A stretch of 63,544 nucleotides of DNA, counting the filler, from Nemertoderma westbladi (lineage: Eukaryota; Animalia; Xenacoelomorpha), in NCBI GenBank assembly GCA_032718475.1. It is 3 parts of 3 records of this genome, joined end to end, with 100 filler letters (N's around TTAATTAATTAA, not from the genome) between each part and the next. Parts side by side here need not be neighbours in the genome. Positions count along the whole stretch, not along the records: positions 1 to 29,915 come from JAUCBJ010000992.1; 2 more parts are not named here. The stretch is one strand, 5' to 3'. The position numbers and the translations under genes are program-made. Shown here piece by piece: positions 13,012 through 24,008 of this stretch. Position 1 is the stretch's first letter. Every line of letters starts with the position of its first letter. The notes below the pieces were generated by a model. The model was not told where the DNA came from. It saw only the letters and a program-made list of their open reading frames with translations, and made no database searches.

Positions 13012-13155
13012 TCCTATTGTCCCGCCTATTGTCCCGCCTATTGTCCCGCCTAATATCCCGCCTATTGTCCCACCTATTGTTCCGCCTATTGTCCCACCTA
13101 TTGTCCGGCCTAATGTCCCGCCTTTTGTCCCGCCTATTGTCCCGCCTATTGTCCG
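13012..13155. repeat. 12-bp tandem repeat (CCTATTGTCCCG)n
   Basis: About 12 copies visible. Confidence 0.9.
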
Positions 13156-13216
13156 TTTATCCTTGCTATAATACGTAATTTTGGATTAACTATAAGAAAG
13201 TTTGAGATGTCAGTTA

Positions 13217-13560
13217 TATTCGATGAAAAATTCTGGGTTGGAGCAAGTTAAATATTATTAATCAAATTTCAAATATAATTAAAAATATATTTCTGTAGCT
13301 CAGCGCTTTCATTATCAATAAAGTACAAATTCTAATATAAATTGCAGAATTGACTAACGTAATGTACGACTTTATATCGGTTGGAAATTGCACTAAAACC
13401 AGAATAAATGTTGTAACCAAAAAAGAGAAGACATAGGCAGGGAAACGCATAGGGACCGTAGGTGCATATTGGAGACCCTAACGAATTATATTTATAATTA
13501 TATTTGTAATTTGATTAATAATATTTAACTTGCTCCAACCCAGTTTCTTTCATCGTAATA
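13217..13560. mobile_element. MITE-like element with ~50-bp terminal inverted repeats
   Basis: CGATGAAA..CTGGGTTGGAGCAAGTTAAATATTATTAATCAAATT mirrored by AATTTGATTAATAATATTTAACTTGCTCCAACCCAG..TTTCATCG. Confidence 0.7.
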
Positions 13561-13613
13561 TTGGATGTCAACTCTGTGGAAAGACAACTTAACAATAATT
13601 ATACTTTATACAG

Positions 13614-14758
13614 GAGATAAAAGCGGCACAATTACAGTAATTGATACGTTCAGTAAAGATCAAACTGAAAGAAAGAAAAGTATCAAACAGGTGGAAGGTA
13701 TATTGGAGAAAACTGAAGAATTAAAGGAAATTGTTGAGTATATCGGATGGGTTGGTCCCATAAATAAACCATTCCAGGGTAAGATAACTGATATAATTAT
13801 ATCTACTGTTGATGTTCTTTCAGATAAAGAGAAAGAACTTTACTTTAGACTGGATGCAGATATTTCTGAGCTAACAACCCAGAATCTGGTTAGTATTTGG
13901 GGTTTAAATGAAATTTCAACAATAGAAATTGTTAATAAATTCAGAGACATGGGACTTATGATAATGAATATAAGTGGATCAAATACACTGAAACTTCCAA
14001 AATTTTTAATTAATTATATTAAAGAACAAAAACTGCCAATAGAGATACTGGCGAGAGGCCCAGAAGCATTGGCTGCTTATAAAGCAGCTCTTTCTAAAGG
14101 GACTACATGGATACTGAAAACCCGGTTAATGTTAGTGGGACAAGAGAGGGCTGGTAAAACTAGTTTGAAGAAGGCCCTTATTGGTCAACCGTTTGATATT
14201 AATGAACCAATAACAGATGGTATTGATTCAGTGGCTAATTGTGTTATAGATACTGATAAACACACAGACTGGACTAATTTAAAAAATGTTGATATTTTAG
14301 AGGCTGATCCAGACAATGCTGTTGCAAAGAAAGTTGCAAAAAGTGTTCTAGAATTCAAAGTTCAAGAAAATGCTTCTAATGTGGACAGTGAAAAAATATA
14401 CACTGATGGCATCCAGTCAACTTTATCAGTAATATCTGGCGAAAATAGCGATAGAGACATGAATAAAAGCACCAGTTCTTATGATAAGCCTGTTAAAATA
14501 AAAAGCAGCAAGGAAATCAGAGAAGATATTTCAGTAGATAGCGAAAGAGGAAATATATCTGATAGCGGAAAAGTCGTAACGCCATATGAATCAAAATTTG
14601 AGGACAATAAATATGATATCCCTTCAGAAGTCACAAAAGGTATAGAGGATATATTGTTATCTGGTAAACCTCAAGATATTCTTGCTAAATTTAATGAGGA
14701 AGACAGTCGCTTTTCACTACAGATAGTCGATTTTGGTGGCCAATGTATTTATTACACA
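13614..14758 (+). CDS. Roco-family GTPase, 5' part (pre-ROC helix, P-loop, switch I, start of switch II)
   Basis: PIEILARGPEALAAYKAALSKG, LMLVGQERAGKTSL, ITDGID, IVDFGGQCIYYT; likely starts at acceptor ACTTTATACAG|G, so upstream exons are expected. Confidence 0.9.
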
Positions 14759-16013
14759 CGAAGTGGGGCCTTCGCGCAGCACGTGAAAAGAGTTAATGCT
14801 AAGTATCAACTCGAAAGGATTATAAAAACATAGGAGAAGATTTTCCCGGAAAACGTTAACCCTCTAGCGGGAGACTGGGTAACTGAAGAAGGAAGGATTA
14901 GTTTCCCTACAAAGCCACATCCTATGGTCTATTACATATCTACCAAGTTTCCGATTGACGGATCATAAATAACGAAATGTTGGAAGGTTTTCACTTTCAT
15001 ACATTTAGCCCTCTAGCGGCATATTAAAGAACTACGGATCGATCACCTTCCTCACAAAGACGAGGCATGTGGTCTAGTACATACCGGTACTGTATATTCC
15101 AAAATTCAGCTTAAATAGATTAAGATCAAGGAATTCGCAAAGGTTATCACTTTCCTACATTTCGCCCTCTAGCGGCAGACTCGAAAACTCCGGACCGATT
15201 ACTGTCCACACAAAGACTTAGGATGTCTTCTAGTACATATATGACAAGTTTCAGCGTAATCAGATCATAAACAACTAAATGGAAGAATAATTTCACATTC
15301 GGGACATTTCGCCCTCTAGCGGCAGACTGGAGAACTGCAGACAGATTAGCCTCCTTTGAAATTTACAGCTAATGGTCTAGTACATACTTCCCAAGTTTCA
15401 GCTTAAACGGATTAAAAGCAAAGAAATGGGTGGCCATTTAATGTTTAGACATGTGGCCCTCTAGCGGGAGACTGGAAAACTTCGGACCGATTACAATCCA
15501 CACAAAGACTCAGGATGTCATCTAGTACATATATGACAAGTTTCAGCGTAATCAGATCATAAACAACTAAATGGAAGAATAATTTCACATTCGGGACATT
15601 TCGCCCTCTAGCGGCAGACTGGAGAACTGCAGACAGATTAGCCTCCTTTGAAATTTACAGCTAATGGTCTAGTACATACTTCCCAAGTTTCAGCTTAAAC
15701 GGATTAAAAGCAAAGAAATGGGTGGCCATTTAATGTTTAGACATGTGGCCCTCTAGCGGGAGACCATTGCACTGATGGTGTCTGAAAGTCTCTCAAAAAT
15801 CTCAACTTTTGCTCATATTGATACCTACAAATTTTCAACTTGGCAGCTTTAAATCCGACAAAGTTATTAGCATGTCAAAATCGTAACGACGACGACAACG
15901 ACGACGACGACAACGACGACGACGACGACGACGACAACTATTTGCATAAATTGACCCACCCCCTAACAGTGTCAATTCGCTAAGGCTCCGCCAACTTCGT
16001 GGCTCGCCCCACA
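14759..16013 (-). mobile_element. Helentron/DINE-1-like non-autonomous element (HINE-type), 1255 bp
   Basis: Short subterminal inverted motifs (GTGGGGC/GCCCCAC, CACGAAGT/ACTTCGTG), terminal hairpin GCCA-ACTTCG-TGGC, (GAC)n microsatellite at ~15886-15937, ~146-bp internal repeats; related pieces at ~43640 and ~61240; removal restores the Roco frame. Confidence 0.75.
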
Positions 16014-18131
16014 ACCCATCAGATGTTTCTAAGTAGACGGGCTATTTATATAGTTGTTTTTGATCTTACCCAAGATGCTGATAAAACAGCCAACATTATA
16101 TTCAGAGCCGATGAAGAGAATATAAATAAGATATATAACGAGATGACTAATATAGAATTTATTGATTTTTGGTTGCGGAATATATTTACATTTGGGAAAA
16201 ATAATTCAGAAAGTGGCGCAAACATTTCTGGTCCTCCAGTATTCTTAGTTGGAACAAAGAAAGCCAGTTTGCATGAAGATCCAGAAACTCAGAACATTTT
16301 AGCTCGTAAAAAGTTTAAAGAAATTTTCCGACTATTAAAGTCCACATTGCATTGCAATATTTTAGTTAAAGAAGCATTTGCTGTGGAAAATTGCAAAGAG
16401 GCAAGATCATATTCAGATGAAGAACTTCAAAACTTACAGCTAGAAATTGTTAAAGAAATGGACAAATTTAGGGAAGAAATTCCTTTGGATTATTTAAAAT
16501 TTGAAAAACTTGTAACTCAATTACTTAAAAATGATGACGTATATATTGATATTATAGATTTAGAATGTAAGTTGAAGGAAATAAAAGTAGAATTTGAATA
16601 CCCCGGTTTAAAGACAATGTTAGAATTTTACCATGATAGAGGTAGAATTATCTATTTTGATGAAGAATCGTTGCGTGATACAATTATATTGAAACCAGAG
16701 TGGTTAAGTTCAATGTTTGCCAGTATTATTACAGTCAAAGAACATATAAATTGGAAAAATTTGAAATATTTTGAGGATTTGGATGACAAGGGTGTATTGC
16801 ACTGGGATCTACTGGACGATATCTGGGGTAATATGGGACTCAAAAAAACTTTTATGTTAAAAATCCTAGAGCGTTTTGATTTAATATGTGAAAGAATAGG
16901 AGAAACTGTGCCAGGTAATGGAGACGAATCAGAAACATTGTTAAAAAAGTCAAAAATGAATAAATCATATTATGTACCTTGTAGACTTAAGAATGCCAAT
17001 CAGCCTATTTACCCTATTAAAGCAAATGATATTGAATTTTTTATTGCATTTAATGGTTTTTTACCTGAGGGTCTATTTTATCGACTAGTAAAACGCCTTA
17101 TAGAATGGTCGTATCTCATTGGAGATATTAAATCTGAACCAACTCTTTACTACCGGTCTGTAGTTATATACTGTGATGTTGATCACGATATAATTCTATA
17201 TGTGTCTCCAAGGCATTTTTCTAGAATAAAAGTCCAAATTGTAAGAAAAGTTCTTATGAAACCTAAAGATAATATTGAAAGCAACGAAAATATTATAAGT
17301 CCTCCAGATTCTGATTTTGCAAACAGAGTAAAAGATTACATTGTTGACAGCTTGGGAGAACTTATATCAGCTGGAAAAATAAATAATATTGTTGATTTTC
17401 AATTGAAAGTAACATGTCCTTGTTCATATAAATGTGAAAGACATGGCCTATATAAATGCCACAATGAATCCTGTATCCACTTTATTCTACTATCAGATTG
17501 TTTGAGTAAACCAATAATTACCTGTGAGAATAATGCAAGTATAGAAACTCAGGAATATAAAACTTGGTTTTTAGTTAAATCGAAGGATCAGGAATATTTA
17601 AAAGTTGAAACAAAAAAATTTGAAGAAAAACTTGAACCAACTGAGTTATTACTATATATCGAAAAAAGTTTTATACTAAACAATGATCAGATTCAGTTTA
17701 TACAAACACGAGAAACGAAAATACTAAAGAGCCGAGCCATTATAGAATCTCTGAAAGGGAAATCAGAGTCCATTATAAAAGTATTTATGGATAGTTTAAC
17801 ACAAACAAACCAACAACATTTAGTAGATATGATAAAAGGAAATGTTGATGTAGAATTTGAAAATATTCTTATGAGGAATAAAGTTGAACTGGTTTATAAA
17901 ATGGATTTGAGTAAATTGTTACCGCTATTGAGAAGTAGAAATATTCTTACTGAAAATCTTATTGAACAGATCAAATATCAGCCGACTGGTTTACAAAGGA
18001 ACAGCGAACTAATAGAAGCCATTAAAAGGAGACCTTATGATGACTTTATTGTATTCTGTGAATTATTGAATAAAACTAACCAGAGCCACTTAGTTAAATT
18101 ACTAACTAGAAAAAAACATAAAGACAGTTAG
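16014..18131 (+). CDS. Roco-family GTPase, 3' part: ROC end, COR and two C-terminal CARD-like domains
   Basis: THQMFLSRRAIYIVVFDL, VFLVGTK, FAVEN; COR motifs MLEFYHDRGRIIYF, IILKPEWL, LERFDLI, YYVPCRL, LPEGLFYRL; two ~85-aa repeats ending FMDSLTQTNQQHLVDMI and FCELLNKTNQSHLVKLL. Confidence 0.9.
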   Translation, partial: THQMFLSRRAIYIVVFDLTQDADKTANIIFRADEENINKIYNEMTNIEFIDFWLRNIFTFGKNNSESGANISGPPVFLVGTKKASLHEDPETQNILARKKFKEIFRLLKSTLHCNILVKEAFAVENCKEARSYSDEELQNLQLEIVKEMDKFREEIPLDYLKFEKLVTQLLKNDDVYIDIIDLECKLKEIKVEFEYPGLKTMLEFYHDRGRIIYFDEESLRDTIILKPEWLSSMFASIITVKEHINWKNLKYFEDLDDKGVLHWDLLDDIWGNMGLKKTFMLKILERFDLICERIGETVPGNGDESETLLKKSKMNKSYYVPCRLKNANQPIYPIKANDIEFFIAFNGFLPEGLFYRLVKRLIEWSYLIGDIKSEPTLYYRSVVIYCDVDHDIILYVSPRHFSRIKVQIVRKVLMKPKDNIESNENIISPPDSDFANRVKDYIVDSLGELISAGKINNIVDFQLKVTCPCSYKCERHGLYKCHNESCIHFILLSDCLSKPIITCENNASIETQEYKTWFLVKSKDQEYLKVETKKFEEKLEPTELLLYIEKSFILNNDQIQFIQTRETKILKSRAIIESLKGKSESIIKVFMDSLTQTNQQHLVDMIKGNVDVEFENILMRNKVELVYKMDLSKLLPLLRSRNILTENLIEQIKYQPTGLQRNSELIEAIKRRPYDDFIVFCELLNKTNQSHLVKLLTRKKHKDS

Positions 18132-18447
18132 GAAATAGTATAGTAGACTGTAAATATAATATATTATAAGGTTATTAAATTGATTTTATATTACAAATTA
18201 TTTTCTAATCAGATCAGTCTATCTCATCGTTATTGTCATTGTAACTTTATTTTATTTTGTACAAACTTCATTGTAACTTTATTTTTAAATTAAAATTATT
18301 AAATTATTGTTCTAATAGGTATAACACCGAGAATCATTTCCGAATTCAACTACCGAAATCTACTAAATATAGTCGAATATATTCCAGCAAAACCTCATAA
18401 GCTGATAATTATATAGGATATGTGAACGATGTGGGAATCAGTTAAAA

Positions 18448-20403
18448 TCTGAACCACGATATGTGAACCAACCAAACTCTGAACCACGATATGTGAACCA
18501 ACCAAACTCGAATCCACGATATGTGAACCAACCAAACTCTGACCCACGATATGAGAACCAACCAAACTCTGAACCACGATATGTGAACCAACCAAACTCT
18601 GAACCACGATATGTGAACCAACCAAACTCTGAACCACGATATGTGAACCAACCAAACTCTGAACCACGATATGTGAACCAACCAAACTCTGAACCACAAT
18701 ATGTGAACCAACCAAACTCTGACCCACGATATGAGAACCAACCAAACTCTGACCCACGATATGAGAACCAACCAAACTCTGAACCACGATATGTGAACCA
18801 ACCAAACTCGAATCCACGATATGTGAACCAACCAAACTCTGACCCACGAAATGTGAACCAACCAAACTCGAATCCACGATATGTGAACCAACCAAACTCG
18901 AATCCACGATATGAGAACCAACCAAACTCTGACCCACGATATGAGAACCAACCAAACTCTGAACCACGATATGTGAACCAACCAAACTCTGAACCACGAT
19001 ATGTGAACCAACCAAACTCTGAACCACGATATGTGAACCAACCAAACTCTGAACCACAATATGTGAACCAACCAAACTCTGACCCACGATATGAGAACCA
19101 ACCAAACTCTGACCCACGATATGAGAACCAACCAAACTCTGAACCACGATATGTGAACCAACCAAACTCGAATCCACGATATGTGAACCAACCAAACTCT
19201 GACCCACGATATGTGAACCAACCAAACTCTGACCCACGATATGTGAACCAACCAAACTCGAATCCACGATATGTGAACCAACCAAACTCTGAACCACGAT
19301 ATGAGAACCAACCAAACTCTGAACCACGATATGTGAACCAACCAAACTCTGACCCACGATATGTGAACCAACCAATCTCTGACCCACGATATGTGAACCA
19401 ACCAAACTCTGATCCACGATATGTGAACCAACCAAACTCTGAACCACGATATGTTAACCAACCAAACTCTGACCCACGATATGAGAACCAACCAAACTCT
19501 GATCCACGATATGAGAACCAACCAAACTCGAATCCACGATATGTGAACCAACCAAACTCTGAACCACGATATGAGAACCAACCAAACTCTGAACCACGAT
19601 ATGTGAACCAACCAAACTCTGAACCACGATATGTGAACCAACCAAACTCTGAACCACGATATGTGAGCCAAACAAACTCTGAACCACGATATGAGAACCA
19701 ACCAAACTCTGAACCACGATATGTGAACCAACCAAACTCTGAACCACGATATGTGAACCAACCAAACTCTGACCCACGATATGTGAACCAACCAAACTCT
19801 GAACCACGATATGTGAACCAAACAAACTCCGAACCACGATATGTGAACCAACCAATCTCTGACCCACGATATGTGAACCAACCAAACTCTGATCCACGAT
19901 ATGTGAACCAATCAAACTCTGATCCACGATATGAGAACCAACCAAACTCTGACCCACGATATGTGAACCAACCAAACTCTGAACCACGATATGAGAACCA
20001 ACCAAACTCGAATCCACGATATGTGAACCAACCAAACTCTGAACCACGATATGTGAACCAACCAAACTCTGAACCACGATATGTGAACCAACCAAACTCG
20101 AATCCACGATATGAGAAACAACCAAACTCTGAACCACGATATGTGAACCAACCAAACTCTGAACCACGATATGTGAACCAACCAAACTCTGACCCACGAT
20201 ATGAGAACCAACCAAACTCTGAACCACGATATGTTAACCAACCAAACTCGAATCCAGGATATGTGAACCGACCAACCTCTGAACCACGATATGTGAACCA
20301 ACCAAACTCTGATCCACGATATGTGAACCAACCAAACTCTGAACCACGATATGTGAACCAACCAAACTCGAATCCACGATATGTGAACCGACCAAACTCA
20401 GAA
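18448..20403 (+). repeat. 30-bp minisatellite (GAACCACGATATGTGAACCAACCAAACTCT), ~65 units, possibly exonic (EPRYVNQPNS repeats)
   Basis: Perfect 30-bp register with no indels; one + frame open throughout; AG at 18415-16 and GTGAGT at 20430. Confidence 0.95.
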
Positions 20404-20592
20404 CACGGGTGTGGGACTTCCTATTTTCGGTGAGTGGTAAATTAACAAAATGTGATATTTTACAAATTCCAACAAATAGTCTATATTATTTGAATGACTA
20501 TTAATTGCTTCTTAATTAAGTATTGCTAATACGATTTATATATCTTGCGACGGGACCCCCGAGTTGGCGAGGGAATCCCGACTGGTGTGTTG

Positions 20593-22660
20593 ACTCGGCG
20601 TTCACGTAGGGTGGTTGATACAGGTGGTATAGTGCCAAAGAGCTCGGCGTTCACGGAGGGTGGTTGATACAGGTGGTATAGTACCATAGAACTCGGCGTT
20701 CACGGCGGGTGGTTGATACAGGTGGTATAGTACCATAGAGCTCGGCGTTCACGGAGGGTGGTTGATACAGGTGGTATAGTACCATAGAGCTCGGCGTTCA
20801 CGGAGGGTGGTTGATACAGGTGGTATAGTACCATAGAGCTCGGCGTTCACGGAGGGTAGTTGATACAGGTGGTATAGTACCATAGAGCTCGCCGTTCACG
20901 GAGGGTGGTTGATACAGGTGGTATAGTACCATAGAGCTCGGCGTTCACGGAGGGTGGTTGATACAGGTGGTATAGTACCATAGAGCTCGGCGTTCACGGA
21001 GGGTGGTTGATACAGGTGGTATAGTACCATAGAGATCTGCGTTTACGGAGGGTGGTTGATACAGGTGGTATAGTACCATAGAGCTTGGCATGCACGGAGG
21101 GTGGTTGATACATATGGTATAGTACCATAGAGCTCGGCGTTTACGGAGGGTGGTTGATACAGATGGTATAGTACCATAGAGCTCGGCGTTCACGGAGGGT
21201 GGTTGATACAGGTGGTATAGTACCATAAAGCTCGGCGTTCACGGAGGGTGGTTGATACAGGTGGTATAGTACCATAGAGCTCGGCGTTCACGGAGGGTGG
21301 TTGATACAGGTGGTATAGTACCATAGAGCTCGGCGTTCACGGAGGGTGGTTGATACAGGTGGTATAGTACCATAGAGCTCGGCGTTCACGGAGGGTGGTT
21401 GGTACAGGTGGTATAGTACCATAGAGCTCGGCGTTCACGGAGGGTGGTTGGTACAGGTGGTATAGTACCATAGAGCTCGGCGTTCACGGAGGGTGGTTGA
21501 TACATATGGTATAGTACCATAGAGCTCGGCGTTCACGGAGGGTGGTTGATACAGGTGGTATAGTACCATAGAGCTCGGCGTTCACGGAGGGTGGTTGGTA
21601 CAGGTGGTATAGTACCATAGAGCTCGGCGTTCACGGAGGGTGGTTGGTACAGGTGGTATAGTACCATAGAGCTCGGCGTTCACGGAGGGTGGTTGATACA
21701 TATGGTATAGTACCATAGAGCTCGGCGTTCACGGAGGGTGGTTGGTACAGGTGGTATAGTACCATAGAGCTCGGCGTTCACGGAGGGTGGTTGATACAGG
21801 TGGTATAGTACCATAGAGCTCGGCGTTTACGGAGGGCGGTTGATACAGGTGGTATAGTACCATAGAGCTCGGCGTTTACGGAGGGCGGTTGATACAGGTG
21901 GTATAGTACCATAGAGCTCGGCGTTCACGGAAGGTGGTTGATACAGGTGGTATAGTACCATAGAGCTCGGCGTTCACGGAGGGTGGTTGATACAGGTGGT
22001 ATAGTACCATAGAGCTCGGCGTTCACGGAGGGTGGTTGATACAGATGGTATAGTACCATAGAGCTCGGCGTTCACGGAGGGTGGTTGATACATATGGTAT
22101 AGTACCATAGAGCTCGGCGTTCACGGAGGGTGGTTAATACAGGTGGTATAGTACCATAGAGCTCGGGCGTTCACGGAGGGTGGTTGGTACAGGTGGTATA
22201 GTACCATAGAGCTCGGCGTTCACGGAGGGTGGTTGATACAGGTGGTATAGTACCATAGAGCTCGGCGTTCACGGAGGGTGGTTGATACAGGTGGTATAGT
22301 ACCATAGAGCTCGGCGTTCACGGAGGGTGGTTGATACAGGTGGTATAGTACCATAGAGCTCGGCGTTCACGGAGGGTGGTTGATACAGGTGGTATAGTAC
22401 CATAGAGCTCGGCGTTCACGGAGGGTGGTTGATACAGGTGGTATAGTACCATAGAGCTCGGCGTTCACGGAGGGTGGTTGATACAGGTGGTATAGTACCA
22501 TAGAGCTCGGCGTTCACGGAGGGTGGTTGATACAGGTGGTATAGTACCATAGAGCTCGGCGTTCACGGAGGGTGGTTGATACAGGTGGTATAGTACCATA
22601 GAGCTCGGCGTTCACGGAGGGTGGTTGATACAGGTGGTATAGTACCATAGAGCTCGGCGT
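20593..22660. repeat. 49-bp minisatellite, ~42 units
   Basis: Unit CTCGGCGTTCACGGAGGGTGGTTGATACAGGTGGTATAGTACCATAGAG; no spacers. Confidence 0.97.
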
Positions 22661-23045
22661 TTGTTAGTTTGTTTTCTCCAGCTGATGTTTAGCTAATGAT
22701 TTAATTTTCCGTTAAACTGCCATTTAGACATTTATTATTCCTAATTTATTTATAGATTAAATCTGCCGCAAAAAGAAACACAATTTGTGAATTCAATGAA
22801 GAAACCCAGTTGGTCGCCACTAACTAAATAAATACTAAAGTAAGTATAGCAGTCGGGGATAACATAAACAATGATTTTGTTACTTGTCCTACCTCTATAA
22901 TGGTACCGGTATTGGTTTTTGCTATTAAATAACAACAACAGACTAAGTGTTTATTAATTTGTTACACAGAGTTTGTTAAGTTAAGCTGTTAGATGGGCTA
23001 ATTAAAGTTATGAAATCATAATATTTCATTTTTGTTATATTTCAG

Positions 23046-23138
23046 ACAATTATCTAGAAGGTTTCCAAATCTACAACTCAATGAAATTAGCTCAAAATCT
23101 CCGAAAGATCCAGTAAGACAAGCTTCGATATGTCGTCG
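23046..23138 (+). other. Putative 93-nt phase 2-2 exon
   Basis: TATATTTCAG| ... CG|GTGAGT; open in the phase left by the 20429 donor (QLSRRFPNLQLNEISSKSPKDPVRQASICR). Confidence 0.5.
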
Positions 23139-23349
23139 GTGAGTTACATTGAGTTGAATAACCAACCCCAGAACCATTATTCACTAATAATGTCTCTGTT
23201 TAGAACTTAGAGAAGTACTTAAGATAAAAATTACGATTATTTTACATTTTGGTGAGTGAAAAATTAAATAAACAAATTCGTTAAAAATTAATTATTAGAT
23301 AAGCTAATCAATTTTTATACGAAATCATTTCCATTTTGCTATTTTCCAG

Positions 23350-23499
23350 ACAAGTATCAACTCTTGACTTCTAAATCAACAACTTCAGTTCAACTCTGAC
23401 AGATTATTATTTAACATTGAGATTTCGGCAACATATCTTATATTCCAACTAGACCAACAATCCAAATTATTTAAGGAGTTGAATCTTCGATATATTAAG
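23350..23499 (+). other. Putative 150-nt exon paralogous to 23046-23138, with an early in-frame stop
   Basis: ATTTTCCAG|ACAAGTATC ... AAG|GTGAGTCACATTGAGT mirrors the flanks of the previous exon. Confidence 0.4.
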
Positions 23500-24008
23500 G
23501 TGAGTCACATTGAGTCACAAAGACCTCTAGAACTAAATTTGGTTTTCAGTCAGGAAGAAATTTCTCCTTTTAGAATGTTAGAAATGCTCCTTAAAATTAT
23601 TACTGTACTATTTAGTTGCATTGAAATAGTTTCAATGTTGAAATCGTTTTAAATTTCCCGCCTTATATCACTAGGGCCTATCATACTGATAGTTTTAAAT
23701 TTCCCGCCCTTTTCTTCTTGGTCAAAGAATTCATGATGTCTGTTGGTGGGGGGTATTGTTTGGTGCATATTCGAAATAAATTACATATTATATAAAGAAA
23801 TGTAACATAAAAAAAAGTTTCAATAATATGCAAATTTTACGGACCTATTTAATTCCTATATTTACAGAATAATCGCAAACCAAACAAGATGCCATTTGGA
23901 TTATAAGAAAACAGAAGCAGATTATTATATATATAATATTGGAATATCAGAGAAGAGAAACTTAATTATAACAAATCAACAAATTAACAAATAACATCCC
24001 AATAAAGT

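Noticed and set aside
13565-13613. ATG at 13565 as the Roco start, and the ORF-track ends at 14833 and 15999
   Set aside because: The first 16 codons abut a MITE end and precede a good splice acceptor; the RSGAF... tail and MARP head come from the inserted element
18395-20361. Minus-strand repeat ORFs (VGSHIVVQSL, WLVHISWFRV)
   Set aside because: Shadow frames of the 30-bp array, interrupted by stops and without supporting splice signals
20593-22660. CRISPR array (also considered for 42108-42575 and 45404-49818)
   Set aside because: Units abut directly with no unique spacers, no cas genes are present, and the context is eukaryotic
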